In this document: positions 9,954 through 20,900 of the stretch, one piece after another
Numbering within the stretch: the first letter of the stretch is position 1
How the letters are laid out: the number at the start of each line of letters is the position of its first letter
Assembly: GCA_965203805.1 (NCBI GenBank)
Contig: OZ241917.1
Span: forward strand, 5,344,001 to 5,408,000
Length of the DNA stretch: 64,000 nucleotides
Direction: 5' to 3'
From: Candidatus Latescibacterota bacterium
GTDB taxonomy: Bacteria > Latescibacterota > UBA2968 > GCA-2709665
Translations under genes and position numbers: made by a program
The notes under the pieces: model-generated
Told to the model about the DNA's origin: nothing
The model's database searches: none
Seen by the model: only the letters and a program-made list of their open reading frames with translations

Positions 9954-10125
9954 TAACATGGATATACAGGATGGACAGGACAAAAATCCAGAGGCGGGCA
10001 ACCACAAGGGTGGCCTCTACGAATACAAGCTGAACGCGGTCGGACAGGATGAATCGGTTCGCTGCCGTTACTCGTTCTCTCGCGCTTTTTGGTCTTTATC
10101 CTGTTCATCCTGTCCATCCATGTAA
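9954..10125. repeat. Imperfect inverted repeat (CAGGATG-type arms) enclosing a GTAG-family REP-like palindrome
   Basis: Arms taacatggatatacaggatggacaggacaaa (from 9954) and tttatcctgttcatcctgtccatccatgtaa (10095-10125); gggcaaccacaagggtggcctctac at 9996-10020. Confidence 0.7.
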
Positions 10126-10167
10126 GTTTAATCTCTTGAATTCATCAGGTTTGGGAGAGGAGATCGC

Positions 10168-12285
10168 GTGTTGAATCAACTCCAAAGGGGTATGGTGGCT
10201 GTCATTCTTCTGGGTCTGCTGGCAAATGCCTCGTATGCCGCGGACGACAAGGCGGATGAGGATGCCGGGGACGATCTCCCGGTTTACGCCGGTGAAGAGA
10301 TCGTGGTGACCGAGAGCAAGGAAAAGGTGGCCACGATCGGTTCCGTGGCCAGCAAGATTCCGGTTCCTCTGAGCGAAACGCCCGCGAGCGTCAGCGTGGT
10401 CAATCGCGGCCTGATCGACCACCAGAGCGGCGTGGTCCTCGGCGACGCGCTTCGCAACGTGAGCGGCGTAAACGTACAGACGGTGTTCGGCGTGACGGAT
10501 TTCTTCGTGATTCGCGGATTCGACTCGCTGTCGAGCGGGCTGGTTCTGACGGACGGCGCGTCCGAGCCGGAGGCCACGTTCTACAACCTTTACAACCTGG
10601 ACCGGGTGGAGGTGCTGAAAGGGCCGGGCGCGTTTCTCTATGGCGCCAATCCGTTGTCCGGATCGGTCAATCTGAACCGGAAGCAACCCGTCTTCGAGCC
10701 CATGTTCCAGGCCAGGGGCGCTTACGGGCCATTCGGGAGTCTGCGCGGAACCGTCGATGGGAACTGGGCGGACCCTGCGCAGGGGGTGGCCGCGCGTTTC
10801 AACGGCCTCCGGCAGGTCTCGGACAACTACCGTGACGATAAGCACAGCGGGATCTGGGCGTTGAATCCAGCCGTCACCTTGCGAAATGAAAAGACGACGG
10901 CGACGGCGAATCTTGAATATGTGACGAGCGAATACAAGTCGGATTCGGGGCTGCCCGTGGCGGGAGGGCAGCTGGCCGACGTGCCACGCACGCGTTCATA
11001 CCAGTCTCCGTTCGACGTTTCAGACCAGGAGATCCTCAGGGTACGGATGGATCTGCAGACCCGGTTGTCGCCGCGGGTCACGTTGCGCAACAAGCTGTAT
11101 TACACCGATTTTTCCTGGATCTCCAACGGCACGCTGTTCAACGGTGTGTATCCCAACGCCGCGGGGAGCCTGGATCTGTTCAGGACGCTGCTGCTCCTCG
11201 ACGACAGGCAAAAGGTGCTGGGCAATCAGTTCGAGCTCGTGTTTTCCTTTTCCACCGGACGGGTCAGGCATACGCTCCTGGCGGGTCTGGAACTCATGCG
11301 GTGGACGGACCGGTTTACGCTCGACGTGGCGGTCCTGCCGAATATCGATCTGTTCGAACCGGTTGAGACGGCCGCGCTCCCTTATTTCAAGGTGCCGGAC
11401 CAGTCGCGGTCGGCTGATGCCACCAGCGGCGTCGTTGCGCCCTTTGTCGTCGACCGCATTGTGTTTTCGGATGTCTTCCAGGCGTTCGTGGGCGGTCGCT
11501 TCGATCGGATACGGTACGACGACCCCGTCACGTCGACGTCGAGGGCATTCGACGAACTGAGCCCGATGGCGGGTGTGGCGCTCAATCCCGCGGAGGACCT
11601 GACCCTCTATGCCAGCGCCGGCAAGGCCTTTGCGCCGCCGTCGAGCCTCATCGCGGGGCCGCGGGACGTCGAATCTGCAACGCAGTTCGAGGCCGGCGCG
11701 AAAAAGTACCTTGTCGACAACCGTCTGCACGCGTCTGTGGCCGTCTTCGATCTGCGGAAGTACGGCATCGGCATTCCCGATGAGACCGGCGTGACGAAAC
11801 AGGACGGCGACCAGCGGTCGCGGGGTCTGGAACTGGAGATGATGGCGCGTCCCGGCGGCGGTTGCCATGTCTTTCTGACGTACGCGTATTCCGACGCGGA
11901 ACTGACGCGCTTTACACAAATGTTGGCCGTACCCACGCCCACCGGAATGCAGTTCCGGCACCTGGACCGGTCCGGCAACAGACCGGCCTTCTCGCCGAGG
12001 CATATCTTGAATGTCTGGAGCGCGCTGGGCTTCGACAGCGGCGTCGAACTGGGCCTGGGCGCCAGGTACGTGGCCAGCCAGTTCATCGCCGAGGACAACC
12101 GGTTCAGTATCGGCAGCGTGCTGACGCTCGACGCGTCGGCATCGTACACGTACAAACAGGCGACGATCAGGCTCAATGCCAGGAACCTGACGGACCGCGA
12201 GTACGAGACACGCGGGTTCGGCGCGATGTCGGTGATCCCTGCGCCCCCGTTCGGTCTGTACAGCGCCATCCAGGTAGAGCTATGA
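10168..12285 (+). CDS. TonB-dependent receptor
   Basis: Signal peptide, EEIVVT TonB box, ETPASVSVV, IRGF, LDRVEVLKGPGAFLYG, NLTDREY. Confidence 0.92.
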   Translation: MLNQLQRGMVAVILLGLLANASYAADDKADEDAGDDLPVYAGEEIVVTESKEKVATIGSVASKIPVPLSETPASVSVVNRGLIDHQSGVVLGDALRNVSGVNVQTVFGVTDFFVIRGFDSLSSGLVLTDGASEPEATFYNLYNLDRVEVLKGPGAFLYGANPLSGSVNLNRKQPVFEPMFQARGAYGPFGSLRGTVDGNWADPAQGVAARFNGLRQVSDNYRDDKHSGIWALNPAVTLRNEKTTATANLEYVTSEYKSDSGLPVAGGQLADVPRTRSYQSPFDVSDQEILRVRMDLQTRLSPRVTLRNKLYYTDFSWISNGTLFNGVYPNAAGSLDLFRTLLLLDDRQKVLGNQFELVFSFSTGRVRHTLLAGLELMRWTDRFTLDVAVLPNIDLFEPVETAALPYFKVPDQSRSADATSGVVAPFVVDRIVFSDVFQAFVGGRFDRIRYDDPVTSTSRAFDELSPMAGVALNPAEDLTLYASAGKAFAPPSSLIAGPRDVESATQFEAGAKKYLVDNRLHASVAVFDLRKYGIGIPDETGVTKQDGDQRSRGLELEMMARPGGGCHVFLTYAYSDAELTRFTQMLAVPTPTGMQFRHLDRSGNRPAFSPRHILNVWSALGFDSGVELGLGARYVASQFIAEDNRFSIGSVLTLDASASYTYKQATIRLNARNLTDREYETRGFGAMSVIPAPPFGLYSAIQVEL

Positions 12286-13559
12286 GATCCGTCAACCCGG
12301 ATCCGGAAAGGCGCGAACGGGTTGAATCGCAGCTTGAACGCCTGCGTGACATGCTTGTCCCGGTCATGCGGGACAACCCGTTTTATCGGGAAAAGCTGGC
12401 GGGCGCGGGGCTGTCCGGTCCCGGCGACGTCCGGACCCTCGAGGATTACCGGCGGCTGCCATTTACAACCAAGGCTGAGCTTTCAGCCGACCAGGACGCG
12501 CACCCGCCGTACGGGTCCAATCTGACATTCAAACTGGCGGACTACGTCCGGGTCCATCAGACGTCGGGCACCACGGGCAGGCCCTTGCGCTGGCTGGACA
12601 CGCAGCGAAGCTGGGACTGGTTTGCCGGCTGCTGGCGCCGGGTTTTCGAGGGCGCCTCGGTGACGGCTGACGACCGTCTGTTTTTCGCGTTCTCGTTCGG
12701 CCCGTTCATCGGGTTCTGGACGGCCCACGAAGCCGCGCGGCTGATCGGTGCGATGGCCGTTACGGGCGGATCGATGTCCTCCGTCCAGCGCCTTCATGCC
12801 ATTGAAGAGCACCGTGCGACGGTGCTGATCTGCACGCCGACGTACGCGCTGCATCTGGCTGAGGTGGCCGAAGCAGAGGGGATCGATATCGCGGCCTCCA
12901 GTATCCGCGCCACGATCCACGCCGGCGAGCCCGGGGCCGGTCTGCCGGCGACGCGGCGGCGGATCGAGGAAGCCTGGGGCGCCAGATGCTATGATCACGC
13001 GGGCGCCACCGAGGTGGGAGCCTGGGGGTACGAGTGCCGCGCCCGGAACGGCCTGCACGTGAACGAAGCCGAGTTCATCTGCGAAGTGATCGATCCGGAT
13101 TCCGGCGAGCATGCCGATGAAGGGGAACTGGTCCTGACGAACCTGGGGCGCGAAGGGATGCCGGTGATCCGTTACCGCACCGGCGACCGCGTAACGCGCG
13201 CGAGCGGGGCATGCCCTTGCGGGTCCCGGTTCCTCCGGCTGGAAAACGGCGTGGTCGGTCGCATCGACGGCGGCATCATCATTCGCGGGGTCGTCATCTA
13301 TCCGAGCGCCGTTGAAAACGTGGTCAGGATCTTTCCCGAAGTGAGGGAGTTCGCGGTCGACGTTTACCGCCGCCGTTCCCTGGACGAAATGGAGATCCGT
13401 CTGGAAGTGAAGGGAGAATCGCCGGACGCCGTTGCCCGCGCCGTGGCGCGGGAGGCAAGACGGAAGCTGGGGTTCCGTGTCGGGGTACGTGCGGTCGAAA
13501 TGAACACGCTGCCCAGGTTCGAACTGAAGGCGAGACGGTTTACGGACCATCGCAACTGA
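12282..13559 (+). CDS. Phenylacetate-CoA ligase (PaaK) family protein
   Basis: LPFTTK, QTSGTTG, HAGATEVG, RYRTGD; ATGA overlap with the receptor stop. Confidence 0.88.
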   Translation: MRSVNPDPERRERVESQLERLRDMLVPVMRDNPFYREKLAGAGLSGPGDVRTLEDYRRLPFTTKAELSADQDAHPPYGSNLTFKLADYVRVHQTSGTTGRPLRWLDTQRSWDWFAGCWRRVFEGASVTADDRLFFAFSFGPFIGFWTAHEAARLIGAMAVTGGSMSSVQRLHAIEEHRATVLICTPTYALHLAEVAEAEGIDIAASSIRATIHAGEPGAGLPATRRRIEEAWGARCYDHAGATEVGAWGYECRARNGLHVNEAEFICEVIDPDSGEHADEGELVLTNLGREGMPVIRYRTGDRVTRASGACPCGSRFLRLENGVVGRIDGGIIIRGVVIYPSAVENVVRIFPEVREFAVDVYRRRSLDEMEIRLEVKGESPDAVARAVAREARRKLGFRVGVRAVEMNTLPRFELKARRFTDHRN

Positions 13560-13568
13560 GAAGATGGA

Positions 13569-14828
13569 ATGCGTTCAGATCCCTACGATGTCATTGTGAT
13601 CGGCGGCGGCCCGGCGGGAAGTACGGTCGCGGCGCTGGTCGCCGGGTATGGTCATCGGGTCCTGCTGCTCGAACGCGAGCAATTTCCAAGGTTTCAGATC
13701 GGTGAGTCGCTGATGCCGGGAACCTACTGGTCGTTCAAACGCCTTGGCGTCCTCGAAAAGCTGAAGAAAAGCGCGTTCGTCAGGAAATACAGCGTGCAGT
13801 TCTTCGGCGCTTCCGGCCGCGCGTCCGCGCCGTTCTATTTCCATCGCCACGATCCGCACGAGAGTTCGGTCACGTGGCAGGTGCTGAGGAGTGAGTTCGA
13901 CCGGATGATGCTGGAGAACGCCCGAGAAAAAGGGGCGTGCGTAAGGCAGGGGGCCGCCGTTCAGGAAGTCCTCTTCGAAGGGGGCCGGGCCGTCGGCGTC
14001 AGGGCGAGATACGGCGACGGCAGCCTGAACGACCTCCGGGCATGCGTGGTGGTGGATGCAACGGGCCGCAGCGCCCTGATTTCACGCAGGCTCCGGATCA
14101 AGACGGAAGAGCCCACGTTGAGGAAGGCGTCTCTGTTTACGCATTTCGAGAGCGCGTCCAGGGACGAGGGGATCGACGAGGGCGCGACCCTGATCCTGCA
14201 CACCATGACGAAGGACGCGTGGTTCTGGTACATCCCGCTGGCCGGGGACGTTGTCAGCGTCGGGGTGGTTGGAGACCTGGACTATCTCCTGCGGCAGCGG
14301 GCGGGGACGCACCAGGAGATTTTCCAGGAGGAGCTGGAGAGATGCATGCCGATGCAGGAGCGGCTGAAAGGCGCCCGGCAGTTGTTTCCCATGAAGGTGA
14401 CCAGCGATTTCTCCTATCGGGCCCGTTCGGTCTCGGGAGACGGATGGGTGCTGGTTGGGGATGCCTACGGGTTCCTGGATCCGGTGTATTCGTCCGGCGT
14501 GTTCCTGGCGCTCAAATCGGGCGAGATGGCCGCGGACGCGATTCACGAGGCCATTGTAAACGACGACGTCTCAGCCGAACGGCTGGGCAGCTGGGGCGAC
14601 GCGTTCATTCCCGGTATGGAAGCCATCCGAAAGCTGGTATACGCATTCTACACGAAGGAATTCAGCTTCAGCCGATTCCTCGACGCCCATCCGGAGTGCC
14701 TGGACGGCATCGTGGATATCCTGAGCGGGAAGATCTACATAAACGACGTCACCCCCATCTTCGGACCGATGGGAGAGATGTTCGATCTGCCCGAAGACGT
14801 GGCCTGCTATTCCGGCGCGGCCGGTTAG
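13569..14828 (+). CDS. FAD-dependent halogenase-like oxidoreductase
   Basis: GGGPAG, FPRFQIGES, conserved Lys in VRKYS, WFWYIP (WxWxIP), GDAYGFLDPVYSSGV. Confidence 0.8.
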   Translation: MRSDPYDVIVIGGGPAGSTVAALVAGYGHRVLLLEREQFPRFQIGESLMPGTYWSFKRLGVLEKLKKSAFVRKYSVQFFGASGRASAPFYFHRHDPHESSVTWQVLRSEFDRMMLENAREKGACVRQGAAVQEVLFEGGRAVGVRARYGDGSLNDLRACVVVDATGRSALISRRLRIKTEEPTLRKASLFTHFESASRDEGIDEGATLILHTMTKDAWFWYIPLAGDVVSVGVVGDLDYLLRQRAGTHQEIFQEELERCMPMQERLKGARQLFPMKVTSDFSYRARSVSGDGWVLVGDAYGFLDPVYSSGVFLALKSGEMAADAIHEAIVNDDVSAERLGSWGDAFIPGMEAIRKLVYAFYTKEFSFSRFLDAHPECLDGIVDILSGKIYINDVTPIFGPMGEMFDLPEDVACYSGAAG

Positions 14829-14884
14829 TCCGACGCAGGCGATGACGTCTCGAATTCCTCGAATGGAAAAAGGCGGGTCGGCCG

Positions 14885-16177
14885 ATGCGTGTTGCTTACA
14901 TAGCCGCGGGCGCCGCGGGGATGTATTGCGGGAGTTGCATCAGCGACAATACGCTGGCTTCGGCGCTCAGGCTCCGAGGCGTGGACCTGACGCTGATTCC
15001 AACGTACACGCCGTTGCGGACCGATGGGCCCGACGCGAGCATCAACCGGGTGTTCTACGGTGGAATCAACGTCTATCTGCAGCAGAAGCTGGCGTTTTTT
15101 CGCCGCGCGCCGGAATTCGTGGACCGGCTGATGAACGGGCGTACACTGCTGAAATCGCTTTCGTGGTTCAGCGGATCGACCCGTGCCGGCGAGCTGGGCG
15201 CGCTCACGGTCTCGATGCTGAAGGGAGAACATGGCGCCCAGAGGAAGGAACTGAAGAAGCTGGTTCGATGGCTGAAGGACGACCTCCGGCCGGACCTCGT
15301 TCATCTGACGAATTCCATGTTTCTGGGCATGGCGCGTGAGATGAAGCGGGAAATGGGCGTTCCCGTTCTGTGTTCCGTACAGGGGGAGGATGTCTTCCTC
15401 GAGGGGCTGATCGAACCGTACCGAAACGAGGCGTTAGCCCTGATTCGGGACCGCGCGCGCGACGTCGACGCGTTTGTGGCCACGTGCGGCTGGTACGCGG
15501 ACGCCATGGCAGCGGTTCTGGATACGCCCCGGGAACGCTTCCGCGTGGTCCGCCTGGGCATCGGCCTGGAAGGCCACGGCCGGGTCGCCCGGGCGCAGCC
15601 CGAGACCCCGTTTACGATCGGGTACATGGCCCGCATCGCGCCCGAGAAAGGATTGCATCTCCTCGCCGATGCCGTGGGGCGTCTGGCGGATCAGGTTGGA
15701 TCGGAGAATGTCAGGCTGCGGGCGGCGGGTTATCTGGGCGGACGTGAAAAGTCCTATTTCCGGAAGGTCGTCTCGCTGATAGAGTCCCGCGGGCTTGCCG
15801 ATGCCTTCGAGTATCGGGGCGAGGTGGACCGCGAACAGAAGATCGAATTCCTGAACAGCGTCCATGTCCTGTCCGTGCCTACGCCGTACCGGGAGCCGAA
15901 AGGATTGTTCGTGTTGGAGGCGCTGGCCAACGGCACGCCAGTGGTCCAGCCGCGCCACGGTGCGTTTCCGGAGCTTGTCGAGTCTACCGGAGGAGGGATC
16001 CTTGTCGATCCCGGCTCACCGGCGGCGCTCGCGGAAGGCCTGTCTCGTATGATGCGTGACGGGGAGGCCCGGGAAGCCATGGGCAGAAGGGGCCGTGCGG
16101 CCGTACGCCGGACGTACACCGACGCGTGCATGGCCGGCGCCATGCAGGACGTCTATCGACAATTCGTCGCGGGTTGA
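14885..16177 (+). CDS. Glycosyltransferase family 4
   Basis: RIAPEKG, EPKGLFVLEALANGTPVV; N-terminal YCGSC motif. Confidence 0.88.
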   Translation: MRVAYIAAGAAGMYCGSCISDNTLASALRLRGVDLTLIPTYTPLRTDGPDASINRVFYGGINVYLQQKLAFFRRAPEFVDRLMNGRTLLKSLSWFSGSTRAGELGALTVSMLKGEHGAQRKELKKLVRWLKDDLRPDLVHLTNSMFLGMAREMKREMGVPVLCSVQGEDVFLEGLIEPYRNEALALIRDRARDVDAFVATCGWYADAMAAVLDTPRERFRVVRLGIGLEGHGRVARAQPETPFTIGYMARIAPEKGLHLLADAVGRLADQVGSENVRLRAAGYLGGREKSYFRKVVSLIESRGLADAFEYRGEVDREQKIEFLNSVHVLSVPTPYREPKGLFVLEALANGTPVVQPRHGAFPELVESTGGGILVDPGSPAALAEGLSRMMRDGEAREAMGRRGRAAVRRTYTDACMAGAMQDVYRQFVAG

Positions 16178-16249
16178 TCCGGCCGGGAACGGCGGATTCG
16201 TCGGCGATTCACCACCGCAGTTCCAACGGGCTGCTAAAGGAGAGATGCT

Positions 16250-16750
16250 ATGCCGGCCGAACAGGCAACGACCCCGGGGTTCACGTGGTTGATCTTCGCG
16301 GCCATGACCGTGGGGTCGTGGGGATTGTACGGGATTTTTCTGCATACCGGGCAGATTGCAATGGCCGATCCCGTGAACGGACGGTACAAGGCGTTCCTGC
16401 TGGTGGGCGTGGCCTATCTGCTGACCGCCGTCATCGGATCGCTGGTCGTTCTCTGGTTGAACGGCGCGGACTGGTCGTTCCCCGCGCGGGGGTTCACATG
16501 GTCTCTGCTCGCCGGCACCGTGGGCGCGATCGGCGCATTCGGCGTCCTTCTCGCGTTTGGCGCACGGGGCACCCCTGCCGTGGTGATGTCGATCGTATTC
16601 GCCGGCGCTCCCGTCGTAAACGCGGTGGTGTCGATGGCCATGCACCCGCCCGCCGGCGGATGGGGCGGTCTGAGCTGGCAGTTTGTGATGGGCGTCGTGC
16701 TGGCTGCGCTGGGCGGATGCCTGGTGACGCTCTATAAGCCCGCGTCGTAA
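16250..16750 (+). CDS. Small multi-pass membrane protein (DMT/EamA-like half)
   Basis: About five hydrophobic helices, WGLYG motif; AAGGAG RBS. Confidence 0.65.
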   Translation: MPAEQATTPGFTWLIFAAMTVGSWGLYGIFLHTGQIAMADPVNGRYKAFLLVGVAYLLTAVIGSLVVLWLNGADWSFPARGFTWSLLAGTVGAIGAFGVLLAFGARGTPAVVMSIVFAGAPVVNAVVSMAMHPPAGGWGGLSWQFVMGVVLAALGGCLVTLYKPAS

Positions 16751-16761
16751 AGCTGCAGAGA

Positions 16762-16793
16762 CAGCTATCAGCGGTCAGCTATCAGCCGTCAGC
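16762..16793 (+). repeat. Heptamer tandem repeat (TCAGCnn; STRR-like); relatives at 26698-26727 (-) and 32002-32032
   Basis: cagctatcagcggtcagctatcagccgtcagc. Confidence 0.65.
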
Positions 16794-16857
16794 CAGAAGC
16801 GGTTTCTGTTAAGGATAGGCGTCGGGAATTACCGATATCTCCACAAGAGGAAGTCCT

Positions 16858-17298
16858 GTGCCAAGCGAATTCCACACCACGCGACGCGTAGAATTTTCGG
16901 ATACGGACATGGCCGGGATCGTGCACTTTTCCCGGTTTTTCGTTTTCATGGAGGCGGCCGAGCACGCGTTCCTGCGTTCGCTCGGCACCAGCGTGCATAC
17001 CCGATGGGAAGGGCGCAGGGTGGGGTGGCCCCGCGTGGGCGCGTCGTGCGACTATCTGGAACCGGCACGGTTCGAAGACGTGCTGGACGTCCGTCTGAAG
17101 GTCGTCAGAAAGGGAACGAGCTCGATCACGTACGGGTTCGAGTTTCGCCGCGGCGGCGTTTCGATTGCGCGGGGCCGGTTGAGTACGGTGTTCTGCGAAT
17201 GCACCCCGGGCCGGCCGTTCCGCGCCATCCCCATCCCGGGCGCCATCGCGGACCGGATCCAGGAAGCGGAGGAGGGGGAGGATGACGCTGCGGGCTGA
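16858..17298 (+). CDS. Acyl-CoA thioesterase (4HBT/YbgC hot-dog fold)
   Basis: RVEFSDTDMAGIVHFSRFFVFMEAA. Confidence 0.9.
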   Translation: MPSEFHTTRRVEFSDTDMAGIVHFSRFFVFMEAAEHAFLRSLGTSVHTRWEGRRVGWPRVGASCDYLEPARFEDVLDVRLKVVRKGTSSITYGFEFRRGGVSIARGRLSTVFCECTPGRPFRAIPIPGAIADRIQEAEEGEDDAAG

Positions 17299-17941
17299 GC
17301 GGATATCGAAACAGTATGGCGACGTGTCCGTGCTTCGGGAGGTTTCGTTCGAGACGGGACGCGGTCAGTCCGTGGCGGTCGTCGGGCCGTCGGGATCGGG
17401 AAAGAGCACGCTCCTCCACGTACTGGGCACCCTGGACAGACCGTCGTCGGGCCGTGTGGAGATTGACGGCCGGGACCCCTACGCCCTCTCCGACAAGGAG
17501 CTGGCGCGCTTTCGGAATCACGGGATCGGGTTCGTGTTCCAGGACCACCATCTGCTGCCACAGTATTCAGTACTGGAGAATGTGCTGATTCCCACGCTGG
17601 CGTCCGGCAACGCCGGATCCGGCGACGGGGAGCGGGCACGGGACCTGATCGAACGGGTCGGACTCGCGCATCGGGCCGAACACCGCCCGGCCGCTCTGTC
17701 CGGCGGCGAACGCCAGCGGGCGGCCGTGGCTCGAGCGCTGGTCAACAGGCCGGCGCTTCTCCTGTGCGATGAGCCCACGGGCAGCCTGGATCGGGCGCGC
17801 GCCGATGAAATCGGCGACCTGATATTCGAACTGCATGCCCGGGAGAACACGATCCTGATCGGGGTCACGCATAGCCCGGAAATGGCCGCACGGTTCGAAC
17901 GCACCCTTGAGTTGCGGGAGGGGACTTGCGTAGAAGCCTGA
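17282..17941 (+). CDS. ABC transporter ATP-binding protein (LolD-like)
   Basis: GPSGSGKST, LSGGERQR, LLCDEPTG. Confidence 0.93.
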   Translation: MTLRAERISKQYGDVSVLREVSFETGRGQSVAVVGPSGSGKSTLLHVLGTLDRPSSGRVEIDGRDPYALSDKELARFRNHGIGFVFQDHHLLPQYSVLENVLIPTLASGNAGSGDGERARDLIERVGLAHRAEHRPAALSGGERQRAAVARALVNRPALLLCDEPTGSLDRARADEIGDLIFELHARENTILIGVTHSPEMAARFERTLELREGTCVEA

Positions 17942-20900
17942 CCTTCTTCTGGCGAATTCATCTGTCCGTGCTGCTGGGCGTGGCCGTGGCCACCGCCGTG
18001 CTCACCGGGGCTCTGCTGGTGGGCGATTCGGTACGCGACAGCCTGAGAGACCTGACCCTCGACCGTTTGGGAGATATCGATCACGCCCTCGTTTCGGAGC
18101 GCTTCTTTCGCGCGGACCTCGCGCGGGACATCGAGGCGGCGGATGACGGACTGACCGTTGTGCCGGCGGTGACGCTCAGCGGATCGGCGGTGCATGCCAC
18201 CGAGGGGACTCGCGCTTCCCGCGTCGCCATTCTGGGTGTGGATTCCCGGTTCGTCGGCCTGTTCGATGCCAACGCGCCCGACCTCGCCCGCCGGGGGGCC
18301 GCGACGCCACTTGTCGCCAACGAGTCTCTGAGGAGCGAACTGAACGCCCGCGTGGGCGATGCGGTCCTGCTTTCGTTCGAGCTGCCGGGCGACGTCCACA
18401 GGGAGTCTCTGTTCGGGCGGGACGGGATCTCGGAGTCGATACAGACCGTACGCGCCAGACTCACGGGTGTCGTGCCCGACCGGGGAATGGGTCGTTTCGG
18501 TCTGCGCCCGCGTCAGCGGACGCCGCTCAATGCGTTCGTGTCACTGCCCCTGTTGCAGGAAACGCTCGGTCTGCCGGGCCGGGTGAATATGCTCCTGGTT
18601 TCGCAGGACACGCAGGCCGCCGGCGATCCGGCGCCCGCGCTCGCCCGCGCCGCTACGCTGGATGACCTCGGGCTTTCGATGCGGGTCGACGCCGGTTATC
18701 TCGCGATTGAAAGCACGGGATTTCTCCTGAAGCCCCACGTGGCGAACCCGGTTCTGGGTCTCGCGGATGAACTGGGGATGCCCCGAATGGCGATACTCAC
18801 GTACCTTGCCAATACGATCCGGGTCGGGGATCGCGTTCTGCCCTATTCGACGGTTGCCGCGATGGACGTCGGGAGCGTCGGCAATCTGCGACTGGCCGAC
18901 GGGCGCCCGGCGCCCGTCCCCGGCGAGGGCGAAGTGCTGCTGAATGCCTGGGCGGCGCAGGACCTGCGCGCCGGGACCGGCGACGCCGTCGAGCTGGCCT
19001 ATTTCGAAGCCGGTCCGAAGGAGGCGCTGAGCACGCGGCACGTCACGTTACGCCTGGCGGGCGTGGTCGCCATGGAAGGGTTGGGCGCCGATTCCCTGTT
19101 GACGCCTGCATTGCCGGGTCTTCACGACGCGGAAGACATGCACGCCTGGGACCCGCCCTTCCCGGTGGACCTGAAGCGCATACGGCCCGCGGACGAAGCC
19201 TATTGGGACGCCTATCGCGCCGCGCCCAAAGCCATCGTGTCGGCCGCCACGGGCCAACGTCTCTGGCGGAGCCGATTCGGAAGCCTGACGTCCGTCAGGA
19301 TGGGACCCGCGCCCGGACTGGACGCCGGGCAATCCGCCGGGCGGTTTCGAACCGGACTCCGGGAGGCGCTCCCGCCCGAATCCGCCGGCATGGGCTTTCA
19401 GCCCGTGAGAGAACAGGGTCTGGCGGCTTCATCGGGGTCCACGGACTTCGGCGGGCTTTTCGTCGGATTCAGTCTGTTCCTGATTGTTTCGGCGGCGCTG
19501 CTTGTGGGGCTCCTCTTCCGGCTTGGCGTGGAACAACGCGCCGATGAGGTGGGCGTGCTGATGGCGTCCGGTTTTACGGCGGGCGCGATCAGACGCCGGT
19601 TCATGGGGGAGGCGGTCTTGCTCGCCGGGCTGGGGGGACTGATCGGGCTCGCGGGCGGACTGGCGTACGGATGGCTCATGATTGCGGGTCTGCGCACCTG
19701 GTGGGTCCCGGCCGTCGGGACCGGTGAACTCACGCTGCACGTGCACGGATCCGGTCTGGCGGCCGGGTTTCTGATTTCACAGATTGTGGTTCTGCTCACG
19801 ATTCTGACGACGGTCCGGCGATTGGGCGGTCTGCCCGTTCGGGCCCTGCTCTCCGGCGCCGCGCACCATGCGACTGCCGGCAGCGGGCGCCGGCTGACGG
19901 TGCTCGCGCTGGCAAGCCTGGGACTGGCCGCGGCCTGTCTTGCCGGGGCGCCGGACGCAGGGCGCGAAGCCGCGATCGCGCTGTTTTTCGGATGCGGGAC
20001 GTTTCTTCTGATTTCGGGCCTGTGCGCGCTCGCCGTCTGGTTTCAGCGCGGACGGCGCACCCTGGTGACGGGAATCTGGAAGATGGGTGTGTGGAACAGC
20101 GCGCGAAATCCGGGCCGGAGTCTGCTGTGCGCATCGCTGATCGCCAGCGCCTGTTTCGTGGTCGTGGCGGTCGGCGCCCATCGCCGCACCGATGCCGGGC
20201 GCGATGCGTTGATCAGCCGGACGTCGGGCGGGGGTGGATTTCAGCTCATCGCGGAAACGGATGCGCCGCTCTACCACGATCCCGGTTCGGCGGACGGCCG
20301 TTTCGAGCTGGGGTTTTCGGAAGGGGATGCCCGGATTCTGGACGGGGCGCGAATCATGCCGTTTCGCGTATTGCCGGGCGACGACGTGAGTTGCCTGAAT
20401 CTTTACAGACCGCGTCATCCCCGGGTTCTGGGCGTGCCCGAGACGTTGATTCGACAGGGCGGCTTCGCGTTCGACCGGTTGCTGCACGAAACCGAAGCGC
20501 CGTGGACGTTGTTGACGCGGCAGGCGGAACCCGGCGTGATTCCCGCATTCGGCGACGCGAACTCCGTAACCTGGATTCTCCACAAGAACCTGGGCGACGA
20601 GATCCCGGTACAGACGGAAACGGGCGAGACCGTCAGGCTGCGGCTCGTCGGACTGCTGAAGCACAGCATCTTCCAGAGTGAACTGCTGGTATCGGAGGCG
20701 AATTTCACCGCGCAGTTCCCCGATCGCAGCGGGTACGGGTACTTTCTCGTGGAGACCGACCGGCCCGGAGAAACCGGCGCCATCCTGGAGCGGCGGTTGC
20801 AGGACGCCGGTCTCGATGCAACGCCGACGTCGGCCAGGCTCGCGCATTTCCGGACCGTGGAGAATACGTACCTTTCCACGTTTCAGACGCTGGGCGGGCT

